Virus record (IMG/VR): IMGVR_UViG_3300023084_000003
Direction: 5' to 3' (one strand)
Source: a virus
DNA: 64,000 nucleotides
The notes beneath the pieces were generated by a model. The model did no database searches. It saw only the letters and a program-made list of their open reading frames with translations, and was not told where the DNA came from. Of the stretch, positions 1-8,617 are shown piece after piece; the stretch's first letter is position 1, and each line of letters starts with the position of its first letter. The translations under genes and the position numbers were made by a program.

Positions 1-1371
1 ATCGATGCCTACTCTGTTCATTACAGACGTTGCAGCGAAATCACCATAATAAGCTTGGTTGTCGTTATCGTAATATGTCGGTGAATACATCGCATTGACT
101 GCTGTCACACCGTTATTGTTAACAACAAGTCTTTGGGAGTTACCAGTTCTAACTTCTAAAGAGTCAGCAGCATTAAAATTAATGAAGGTGTCTGCGTCGC
201 CGTCTGCAATGATTTGACCGTACAACTCGATATCATTTATATGAGATGTGGCCGCGGGTTCTACGTAATAAGAAGCATTGTCTGCATCTACAAATTGCTC
301 AGCGACAACATTTCTTCCTACAATCCAGTCATCATTAGTATCTGATCTTGCAGCATAGTTAAGTGAAGAGTTTAAGAAACCAATTTCACCAAGACTTGAA
401 TACAGAGATCTGTTAACGTTTTGGCCGTCCATAATAAGCTGAGCGCCGGCCGCAGTATTATTACCAAGAGTTAGAGTTCCTTGGAAGATATAGTTGCCTG
501 TTCCAGTATCATTTGCATCTGAACGCAAGAATTGAGCAGCTTCTAATCCGTCGACAGTGTCTGCATCAAAACCATTACCGGAGCCTTCATCAGCAGTTGT
601 AATAATTCTACCAAGTGGGGTACCGTTTGTTTCAATCTGCCAATAATCAGATGTTTCATTCCACACAAGAGCTGGGTTTGTAAGAGTACCGCGTTCTACT
701 TCAATACCAGCATTTTCTGTTGGAGTACTTCCTGTATAGTTTGCATTTAGAGTGATAATGTTATCAGAAAGTAGAATCTCTTCTGTATTGATATATGTAG
801 TTACACCTTGTACTGTGAGGTTGCCCGTAATAGTAAGGCTACCGTCCATAGTATCATCTTCATCTGCACGAAGGAATTGTAGTGAATCAAGTCCATCGAG
901 TAAGTCGGCGTCCAAACCAGAACCTGCGCCATCGTTACCAGCATTCCAGAATACGTTACCTAGATACTGCGGCTCGCGTTTAAAGTCAATACCAGTTGAG
1001 CTAAATTCAAGATCGGTTGCACCATTATAAACAATTTCAACACCGTCGGTATCGTCATAGAATCTAATACCATTGTTTTGACCTGAGTTAGTAAGCTCAT
1101 AATCACCTGAACCAAAATTTACAAGTTGAAGACTATCTGAATCACCTCTAAATTCTGCGATAATTGAATTTGCCGCATGACCTCCAGTATTGAAGATCTG
1201 CATTGTTGCTAAACTTGCATTTGATTGAGTAAACGATGCCGATCCAGTAAATAGTGAACTACCGGTTACTTGTAACTCGTCTGTGCTGTTAAATGAAGTT
1301 GAGCCTACTACAATCGCACCAGTTGGTGACAATAGGCCATTTTTGACTATAAACTTTTTATCGTTTGCCAT
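1..1371 (-). CDS. Tail fibre / virion structural protein, 3'-truncated by window edge (457+ aa)
   Basis: Not in the ORF track because it has no stop in the window. ATG at 1371 follows GGGGAGAG and a late promoter. Reads MANDKKFIVKNGLLSPTG... open to base 1. Contains GSGLDADLLDG and GNGFDADTVDG fibre motifs and NAGIEVERG...LVWNETSDYW. Confidence 0.8.
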   Translation of the reverse strand, partial: MANDKKFIVKNGLLSPTGAIVVGSTSFNSTDELQVTGSSLFTGSASFTQSNASLATMQIFNTGGHAANSIIAEFRGDSDSLQLVNFGSGDYELTNSGQNNGIRFYDDTDGVEIVYNGATDLEFSSTGIDFKREPQYLGNVFWNAGNDGAGSGLDADLLDGLDSLQFLRADEDDTMDGSLTITGNLTVQGVTTYINTEEILLSDNIITLNANYTGSTPTENAGIEVERGTLTNPALVWNETSDYWQIETNGTPLGRIITTADEGSGNGFDADTVDGLEAAQFLRSDANDTGTGNYIFQGTLTLGNNTAAGAQLIMDGQNVNRSLYSSLGEIGFLNSSLNYAARSDTNDDWIVGRNVVAEQFVDADNASYYVEPAATSHINDIELYGQIIADGDADTFINFNAADSLEVRTGNSQRLVVNNNGVTAVNAMYSPTYYDNDNQAYYGDFAATSVMNRVGID

Positions 1372-1413
1372 TCGGTTCACTCTCCCCAGTTTGGCGTATA
1401 TTCTGCTTTGATA

Positions 1414-1421
1414 TATTTATA
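1414..1421 (-). promoter_or_regulatory. T4-type late promoter TATAAATA
   Basis: Exact TATAAATA on the minus strand in the intergenic gap about 43 nt upstream of the ATG at 1371. Confidence 0.75.
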
Positions 1422-1426
1422 AGATG

Positions 1427-3946
1427 TTACGTGATCGTAGTACCTACAACTTTAAATACTGTACTTGAGCTTGAAGCAGGTGTTGCTAATAGTTGTACAA
1501 AAGGCCCACTGATCGATACGTCAAAGGTTGCTAGAGAACTACCTGTATACACTGTACCATATTCTGTTGCAATTGCCGTAGATCCATCATGAGTAATTAA
1601 CAATTTAGAAATATGTCTAGCACTACCTTGAGTTGCAGTAATTGTTAACTCAGCTCCGCTATATGTTGTAGGGAATACTTGCACTGTTGTCTGTGCTGTA
1701 GATGTTGTTGTAGTACTTGATGAAACAAGAGTAGAGTGACTTAGATTTAAATTACCCTGTACAGTCAAATTGCCGGTCATTGTATCGCCGGTAACGTTTA
1801 CATATCTAGCATCGGCAGTTGCTTGATCTAAGTAAGTTCTTACACCTTTTGTTACAGAAATTACGTGACCGAAATCGTCAAAGTCTAAAGCTTCAACAAA
1901 TTCTTGAGATGCGCCTGTATTTGCAAAAGCAACATTAGCTTGTGAAGAAGTATCAGTATGACTTATTGTTACGTTAGCACTTAGTGCACCACCACCCGTT
2001 AAACCGGTACCAGCAAGAACATGCGTTGTTTGCGGTACGAAGTTTGAGTCAACTTCAGTTTCAGTATAGTAGCGGTTGTCAAGCTGACCTGCATCCAACT
2101 CAGTTTCTGTGTAGTAACGATCATCTAAATTCAGAGTACCAAGACTTGTTACATGACCAAAACCATCAACCCCAACGCTTTGTATTACACTACCTTGTAC
2201 GTTGGTCACAGATGCTTGAGTGCTCGTGTCTTCGTGCTGAATATGAATTGAAGCATTGTTAGCTTGGTTAAGAGTAAACGTTGTTGAAGCTGCTACCAAA
2301 CCATTGTTTGCAACAATATCAATCTGGCCGTCTCCAACCAGACTAGATGCGGTGTTTGCAGATTGATCAAAGATTTCTTGAGCAGAATATCCATCAAGAG
2401 TATCTGCGTCCAAACCAGAGCCGGTACCCATGAAACCTTCATGGAATATTTTCTTTTCAACGGTGCCAGTACCAGTGACATCATAACTATATCTTAAGCC
2501 ATCTCTTTGAGGATCTGTTGCCGCTTGAGTTGGTGTTGTAAATTCTAAGAAACTAGTTGTTGAATTGTCATAAACACGAACACCATTACCATTTATGAAA
2601 GATAGCGAGCCTTTTACTGTTCCACCTTGGCGAAGATATATCGTAGGACTTCCAGTTCCAGATGTAGTATTTACATTGAATTCACTTTCAAAAGTGTCCA
2701 TCAATGTTTGGTATGTTGTACCATCACCTGTTGCAATTGTCAAGGTGCTATTCGATGAATTCCAAACTACGTCATCTACACCTGCAACTGCAGTATTAGA
2801 CATTGCGGTAATACGTCCGTCAGCTGCTACAGTTACAACAGGAATTTGAGATGCGCTGCCATATGTTCCGGCAGTAACACCTGTATTCGCTATATCTGCC
2901 GTAATACTTAGATTACCATCTGTTGCAGTGGCTGTACCTGTTACATCTCCAGTTAGTGTAACTTCTGTTTCTGTAGAAACATGGAAAACTGATCCATCAC
3001 CAGTTTCTAAAGTTATTGTATTATTAGCAGCAGAATACGTAAAGTTATCCACACCAGCAACAGGAGTAGTATTTGCTGCAGTGATTCGACCTTCGCTATT
3101 AATTGTAAGAACTGGGATTGCAGTAGCAGATCCATAAGTGTTTGCTGTAACGCCAGTACTTGATAAAGTACCACTAATTACTCCACCTACAGTAAGATTA
3201 CCGGCAAAGATACCATTGTTAGCAGAAAGATCACCTGAACTAGTGTTATGGTCGCTCTCACCCAAAACCGACAAGTTACCGCGAACGACAACATTACTAT
3301 CGAAAGAAGCAGAGTTTGCTATAATTCTTTCTGCATTAACGTCACCAGCAAAGTGACCGTTATTTGCACTAACGTCACCTTCAACGTCAAGGGCATCAAA
3401 GCCAAGCGTTGAGATGTTAATTGAATTTGCAGTAAGATCTTCAACTGTTAGATCTTTAAATTCATTTAAGTAGATATTATATATTGTACCATCACCAGTT
3501 GTTAATGTCAACTGATTATTTGCAGAATCCCAAGTAAAATCATCAACACCTGCAACAGGAGTAGTATTAGCAGAAGTAATTCTACCATCAGCATCTACTG
3601 TAATAATTGGAATGGCTGTAGAAGATCCATAGGTGTTTGCTGTAACACCCGTGGCTGTATTAGTGAAGTTAGCCCAATCTAAGTAATATGATCCCTCTTG
3701 ACCATCTAGAAGATCTGCATCTAATCCTGAGTTAGCGCCATCAACTCCCGACAGAAGTGAGAGGATAGCGGCCGCATCAAGGTCTGCCGAAACATCTACA
3801 ATAGATTCGGTATTGGCAACTGGATCGAATTTCTTGAAGTAAAGTTTACCATCAGCTGTGTTAATTGCTACCTCACCCAGCTCCAACTGGGCAGTAGTAG
3901 GCACACGTCCAGCGACGGCACTACGCTTTAATTTAATTGTTGACAT
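1427..3946 (-). CDS. Tail fibre protein (839 aa)
   Basis: N-terminal IKLKRSAVAGRVPTTAQLELGEVAINTADGKLYFK attachment motif typical of T4-like fibres. Two DADxLDG motifs and three copies of TGVTAxTYGSxxxIPxxTxxxxGRIT. C-terminal HDG...TEYG...LLATP domain. Confidence 0.8.
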   Translation of the reverse strand: MSTIKLKRSAVAGRVPTTAQLELGEVAINTADGKLYFKKFDPVANTESIVDVSADLDAAAILSLLSGVDGANSGLDADLLDGQEGSYYLDWANFTNTATGVTANTYGSSTAIPIITVDADGRITSANTTPVAGVDDFTWDSANNQLTLTTGDGTIYNIYLNEFKDLTVEDLTANSINISTLGFDALDVEGDVSANNGHFAGDVNAERIIANSASFDSNVVVRGNLSVLGESDHNTSSGDLSANNGIFAGNLTVGGVISGTLSSTGVTANTYGSATAIPVLTINSEGRITAANTTPVAGVDNFTYSAANNTITLETGDGSVFHVSTETEVTLTGDVTGTATATDGNLSITADIANTGVTAGTYGSASQIPVVTVAADGRITAMSNTAVAGVDDVVWNSSNSTLTIATGDGTTYQTLMDTFESEFNVNTTSGTGSPTIYLRQGGTVKGSLSFINGNGVRVYDNSTTSFLEFTTPTQAATDPQRDGLRYSYDVTGTGTVEKKIFHEGFMGTGSGLDADTLDGYSAQEIFDQSANTASSLVGDGQIDIVANNGLVAASTTFTLNQANNASIHIQHEDTSTQASVTNVQGSVIQSVGVDGFGHVTSLGTLNLDDRYYTETELDAGQLDNRYYTETEVDSNFVPQTTHVLAGTGLTGGGALSANVTISHTDTSSQANVAFANTGASQEFVEALDFDDFGHVISVTKGVRTYLDQATADARYVNVTGDTMTGNLTVQGNLNLSHSTLVSSSTTTTSTAQTTVQVFPTTYSGAELTITATQGSARHISKLLITHDGSTAIATEYGTVYTGSSLATFDVSISGPFVQLLATPASSSSTVFKVVGTTIT
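2720..3660 (-). repeat. Three diverged internal copies of a ~55-aa fibre module (TGVTANTYGS...GRITxA...AGVDxxxxxxxNxTxTxxTGDG)
   Basis: Visible in the translation at about 3490-3660, 2990-3165 and 2720-2890. Confidence 0.8.
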
Positions 3947-4003
3947 ATGTATGTCCCTTTGTTATAATACCTATATAGGTTACAAAATAATAATAGTTGT
4001 TTC

Positions 4004-7000
4004 TTAGAATGTTCCTCCATCAATCTCATTAATAGCAATAGCAACTTGGCCGGCCGTGACGGTTGTATCTACACCATCTGTACCGATAAATGTTAAGCTT
4101 GTGCCGAGAGTGATTTCAGTATTCGCACCGTTTTCATCAACAATCGTAAATGGTTTTGCTTCTAGTGTATCATTATTTATTTCAAGCGTAGAATTATCTA
4201 CATTAACAGAGAACGTCGTACCTGTCAAGGTTAAACCGTCTCCACCAGAATATGTTCCCTCACCTGAGAACTGATACCAACTTACATCATCTGTTCCAAG
4301 ACTAAATGTTTCAGCATCGTTAACAGTTGCAACATATCCAGTACCTCCATTTGTGGTACCGTCAGTTACAAATTGGAAAGATCCAGGAATTTCTGATGAT
4401 TCGTTAAAGTATTCTCCTCTAGTAAGTACCCAAGGAGTTCCACCACTACCAACCTCAGTGACTTCATATGAGCCATTTTCTTCTGCGTTAGTTTGATCTT
4501 TAACAAGTACTCTATCTCCAACATTCCATGAAATGACGCCATCTACAGAGAAAGCGACATTAGTGTTGGCCGTAAGAGTTCCTGCACCGTTATTATATAC
4601 TGCACCTAGATCTACTGTTGTTGCAGCAAGAGCTGAAGGAATAACTCGTAGACCTTGTACTGTATTATCTACATAAGATTTATTGGCAGCATCACTACCA
4701 GCTGTAGGTGCAGCAACATTTGTAATTCTAGAGCTGTTGACATTTAATTCAAGAGCTGTTCCAGTACTGATTGAAACACCGTTAGCTTGAAGTTGCAGAT
4801 CTTGCCCGTTGTCTACATATATTCTTCTATCTGCACCTGATCCACCGATCTTAACATCAGAAGCTTGTACTACTGTTTCAACTTGAATATGTTTAAGGAA
4901 TGAGTTTGTACCACCTGGATGCAAGAAATATGTTTGAGCATCAGCATCTACAAATCTTTCAGCTTTAACATCACCATTTTGTACAACCCAATCACCAGAC
5001 TGTTTATCAGCATAAGCTGCAAAGTTGAATGTTTGATCAAGGAAACCTATCTGCCCGCTTGTAGCATAGATATATGCAGAAGAAGACGCGCCATCTTTCA
5101 TCTCAATTTGAGAATATGCTTGTCCTTCTCCAACTTTCAAACCTTTAATAATAGAGGTTCCGTTTGGATCCATGTAATAGGCGTTGTCGTCTGAATCGTA
5201 ATATCTTGGAGCAAAAACGTTACCAGTAAATACAGCACCGGTAGTGGTAGAATATCTTGTATCTAGATATGCATAGTCCAGAATAAGATCCGGCGTAGAT
5301 CCTGCAGACTGAGTATGAGTAACATTGATACCACTGTTATTAGCAGAAGATGTAACGTCGTTAACGTAGTTTGCAGTAATCGTAACTGGGATTGTAACAT
5401 CACCGGCTTGTACTACTGTATTTGAACCACTTACATCTCCACCTAGATTAATATCAAAGTTTGTAACTTCTGCATAAATTTGGTCGTTAGCATCAATGTT
5501 AAAGAAGTTGATACCTTTATTAAGACCCCCGGCCTGAGCGTCCGTAAACATGAGACCAACGAGGTCATGCACAGTTTCTGTAAAGTCAGGAATCGCGTTT
5601 GCTTGAAGCTCAACCGGAATCTCTGTAGCAAAATCGATACGGCCGTCTGCAGTAATTCTAATACGAGGAGTAAATCCATCATTACCGTAGATACCTGTAG
5701 ATCCTACCATTGGCTCAGTAAGGCCAATCTCGAAAGAGTTGTTTGCTTGATCTGGAACACCTTTTACTTCCAACTGATCTTCAGTGAAAGTAATCGTTGG
5801 GCTTTGAATCAGGTTAATATAGTTGTAAGTATTTGCACCGTTATCACCTGAAATAATATTCAAGTTGGATGTAAATGTATCGACATAAGCTTTATTTGCA
5901 GCATCGGTGGCAGCAGTAGGAGTTGCAACATCAGTGATTCTATTATTGTTTACACTGATATTTCCAGTGGCATCAAGATTTAGATCACCAGCAGATGTAA
6001 TAGTAGAATTAGCAACTATGTTTGTTCCAATGGTAAGTTTCTTAACACCGGCTGTAAAGAATTCTAATTCATCATTGTCTGCATTTGGAGATGATTCGGC
6101 AGTAATCTTTGTATCTTGGTCGATGTCAATTACTGAACCAGCAAGACCCGCCCATGCTACTCCGTCGTAACCCTCGAAGCGAGAATCATCTGTGTTATAG
6201 CGTAACATACCAGTTACTGCTGACGGTCTTTCTGCTACATTACCAACTGGAATCTTAACGGCACCTGTTGTGTCAATAGTAATAACTTCATCACTACTGT
6301 CAAGTGTATCTACAAATAGTTTGTTCCAATTTTTAGTGGTAGAACCCAAGTTGTAAGTTCTATCTGCATCTGGAATTAAGTTACTTTCAAAATCAGCAAC
6401 CACTTGAATGGCATCTGTGTTTGCATCACCAATAGTAATGTTACCGCCGATATTAACGTTTCCAGTTACATCAACATTTCCATAAAAATAAGCAGTATTT
6501 GAAGAATCTATTTTTGCAGCAAGTGTTCCGCCAGTAATAAATCTTAATTCGTCATTATCAGAGCCAGGTGAAGTTTCAGCTGTAATTTTTGTATCTTGGT
6601 CAACATCAATAACGCCTCCCAAACCGGACCAAGCTGTTCCGTCATATCCTTCAAACTGGCCGTCTTGATTATTAAAACGAATCATACCTTGAACGGCTGT
6701 TGGACGTTCTGCAGTATTTCCTCTTGGAATCGTAATGGCGCCTGTTGTATCAATTACAACATTAACATTGGCAAGCATTTGAGTGGAATCTAAAAGAAGT
6801 GTTTGTGTTCCACCAGTGAAAAATTTAAGTTGGTCGTTGTCAGAACCCGCACTATTTTCCGCTTGAATTTTTGTATCTTGGTCAACATCAATAACACCAC
6901 CGAGTCCTGACCAAGCAATACCATCATAACCTTCAAACTGTCCATCAAGAGAATTAAAGCGAATCATACCTTGAGCAGGTGTTGGTCTGTCGCTGCTATT

Positions 7001-8188
7001 TCCTGACGGTAAAGTTACTGCACCGGTTCCACCAATTTGTAGAATACCAGTGTTAGGTGTAATAGAATTAATTACTTGGCTGGCATCTACGTGGAATTCT
7101 GTGCCTTCTAATGAAAGACCGTTACCAGCAGTAAATGTACCAACACCTTGGAATTGAGTCCAAGTAATATCGTGAACATCGAGTTGGAATGTTTCAGCAT
7201 CTGATACTGTTGCTACCCAACCAGTTTGTCCGTAAGTATTACCATCTGTTACAAACTCATATGAGCCAGGAACATCTGTTGCAGTCAGGTTAAAGAATGC
7301 TCTTCTAAGTACCCAATCAATGAGAGTAGAACCGACAACGTCGATGTTATATGAACCGTTTTCTTCTGGATTATTCTGATCTTTAACGAGGATGTTATCT
7401 CCTCTAGACCAGTTTGTAACACCGTCAATATCTAGAACTGCCGTTGCAGGAATCGTAATTGTCGCACCGATAGTTGTATTACCGGAAGCAAAAGTACCGC
7501 CAAGATCTGCTGTTGTTGCGGCAAGAGCTGACGGTCTTACAACAAGACCTTGAGCAGTATTGTCAACATATCTTTTGTTTGCGGCGTCTCGTGGATCTAC
7601 TGGATCCTCAACAACACGAACAGTTAATTCAAGAGCAACTAATTCGTCAGATAGATATTCTCGTGTTACAACGTCTGTATTTGCTTGTGGCGGTGCAACA
7701 TTGATAAGTCTATTATTACTAAATGAAACGTCATTGTTTGGACCTGCTATAGATCCAACATTAGTAAATGACAAACCATCTAGTGTTGATGTATTATCAC
7801 CTAGATTAAGTGTTGTATTTGCAAAGCTAATTGATTGAGAAGAAATAACGCCGTTAGCAACCGAGAAGTTTGATGTACTTAACTCAGCATTAGTAACAGC
7901 TGTAAGATGCCCAAACTGATCTACTGTAACATTGTTAAGTAGACCGAGAGCTGTGTTATTCGTGTTTGCTTGCGATGATGTGTCAGCGTGAGAAACTTCT
8001 ACGTTTGCTGTTTCTATCTGATTTGGAGTTACAACAATACCGTCTCCGGCTGTTATATTAGCAATATAATTGCCGGTTGTATCTGCACCAAGCGCAACTG
8101 AATCTGGTGTTATAAGAGGCTTTTTTTCTCCGGCTGCTACAAGTCTTACTGAGTTTGTTTGGGAGTTAACCTTTAATTTGATAGCCAA
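4004..8188 (-). CDS. Large fibre / virion structural protein (1394 aa, TTG start)
   Basis: Three GMIRFN...EGYDGxAWxGLxGxVIDxDQDTKI repeats. Neck-like NxxxPTAxxDAANKxYVD motifs. Two GDxILVKDQxNxEENGSY domains. TTG start with GAGGT Shine-Dalgarno at the end of the upstream gene. Confidence 0.75.
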   Translation of the reverse strand: MAIKLKVNSQTNSVRLVAAGEKKPLITPDSVALGADTTGNYIANITAGDGIVVTPNQIETANVEVSHADTSSQANTNNTALGLLNNVTVDQFGHLTAVTNAELSTSNFSVANGVISSQSISFANTTLNLGDNTSTLDGLSFTNVGSIAGPNNDVSFSNNRLINVAPPQANTDVVTREYLSDELVALELTVRVVEDPVDPRDAANKRYVDNTAQGLVVRPSALAATTADLGGTFASGNTTIGATITIPATAVLDIDGVTNWSRGDNILVKDQNNPEENGSYNIDVVGSTLIDWVLRRAFFNLTATDVPGSYEFVTDGNTYGQTGWVATVSDAETFQLDVHDITWTQFQGVGTFTAGNGLSLEGTEFHVDASQVINSITPNTGILQIGGTGAVTLPSGNSSDRPTPAQGMIRFNSLDGQFEGYDGIAWSGLGGVIDVDQDTKIQAENSAGSDNDQLKFFTGGTQTLLLDSTQMLANVNVVIDTTGAITIPRGNTAERPTAVQGMIRFNNQDGQFEGYDGTAWSGLGGVIDVDQDTKITAETSPGSDNDELRFITGGTLAAKIDSSNTAYFYGNVDVTGNVNIGGNITIGDANTDAIQVVADFESNLIPDADRTYNLGSTTKNWNKLFVDTLDSSDEVITIDTTGAVKIPVGNVAERPSAVTGMLRYNTDDSRFEGYDGVAWAGLAGSVIDIDQDTKITAESSPNADNDELEFFTAGVKKLTIGTNIVANSTITSAGDLNLDATGNISVNNNRITDVATPTAATDAANKAYVDTFTSNLNIISGDNGANTYNYINLIQSPTITFTEDQLEVKGVPDQANNSFEIGLTEPMVGSTGIYGNDGFTPRIRITADGRIDFATEIPVELQANAIPDFTETVHDLVGLMFTDAQAGGLNKGINFFNIDANDQIYAEVTNFDINLGGDVSGSNTVVQAGDVTIPVTITANYVNDVTSSANNSGINVTHTQSAGSTPDLILDYAYLDTRYSTTTGAVFTGNVFAPRYYDSDDNAYYMDPNGTSIIKGLKVGEGQAYSQIEMKDGASSSAYIYATSGQIGFLDQTFNFAAYADKQSGDWVVQNGDVKAERFVDADAQTYFLHPGGTNSFLKHIQVETVVQASDVKIGGSGADRRIYVDNGQDLQLQANGVSISTGTALELNVNSSRITNVAAPTAGSDAANKSYVDNTVQGLRVIPSALAATTVDLGAVYNNGAGTLTANTNVAFSVDGVISWNVGDRVLVKDQTNAEENGSYEVTEVGSGGTPWVLTRGEYFNESSEIPGSFQFVTDGTTNGGTGYVATVNDAETFSLGTDDVSWYQFSGEGTYSGGDGLTLTGTTFSVNVDNSTLEINNDTLEAKPFTIVDENGANTEITLGTSLTFIGTDGVDTTVTAGQVAIAINEIDGGTF

Positions 8189-8191
8189 GGG

Positions 8192-8518
8192 TTATACCTC
8201 CGTTATAGTAGGAACTACTGTCGCAAGTCCTTCTAGGAGCTTAGACGTTTCTCCGGTGGCCTTTTTCATTAACACATCATATTGGTATTTTCCGGGATTT
8301 AAAGTAGCCGTAGTATCTGCTGAAAGTACTAGGGTTACGTCGTTATTAGCAGTTTCAATATCAAAATCTACTGCTTTTTTGGACGAGTACAACTTACGCA
8401 TATCTGCATGAAACGTGATCGTGCTGAGAACCATCTCGTCATTGTCTTCGTCGAATAGCTCTAAGGATAGACGGAAATCTGTACCTTGATCTATATAGAT
8501 ATTTGCTTTGGATCCCAT
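8192..8518 (-). CDS. Conserved small virion protein (108 aa, BppU-N-like beta-sandwich adaptor)
   Basis: ANIYIDQGTDF...GKYQYDV motif seen in small structural genes of T4-like phages. Has its own late promoter. Confidence 0.6.
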   Translation of the reverse strand: MGSKANIYIDQGTDFRLSLELFDEDNDEMVLSTITFHADMRKLYSSKKAVDFDIETANNDVTLVLSADTTATLNPGKYQYDVLMKKATGETSKLLEGLATVVPTITEV

Positions 8519-8543
8519 TTTAAATCTCTTTTGCTTTTTTCTT

Positions 8544-8551
8544 TATTTATA
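8544..8551 (-). promoter_or_regulatory. T4-type late promoter TATAAATA
   Basis: Exact match 26 nt upstream of the ATG at 8518. Confidence 0.75.
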
Positions 8552-8565
8552 ATAAAATGATGGTT

Positions 8566-8596
8566 TGAAAAAGGGGGTATTAGCAACCCCCCTTCA
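8566..8596 (-). terminator. Intrinsic terminator after the collagen-like fibre gene
   Basis: Minus strand reads AAGGGGGG-ttgctaata-CCCCCTTTTT, a G/C stem followed by a U tract, just after the stop at 8618. Confidence 0.7.
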
Positions 8597-8617
8597 AAGT
8601 CGAGATTTAATCTGCAA

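Noticed and set aside
3969-3980. Perfect 12-bp palindrome ACCTATATAGGT in an intergenic gap
   Set aside because: Single occurrence, AT-rich core, and no second copy or cognate regulator seen. It could be a small hairpin but is unsupported.
6040-7030. Similar ~200-nt DNA repeats as a possible DGR template/variable pair
   Set aside because: Differences are spread over synonymous positions rather than adenine-specific, all copies are in-frame coding, and there is no reverse transcriptase in the window.
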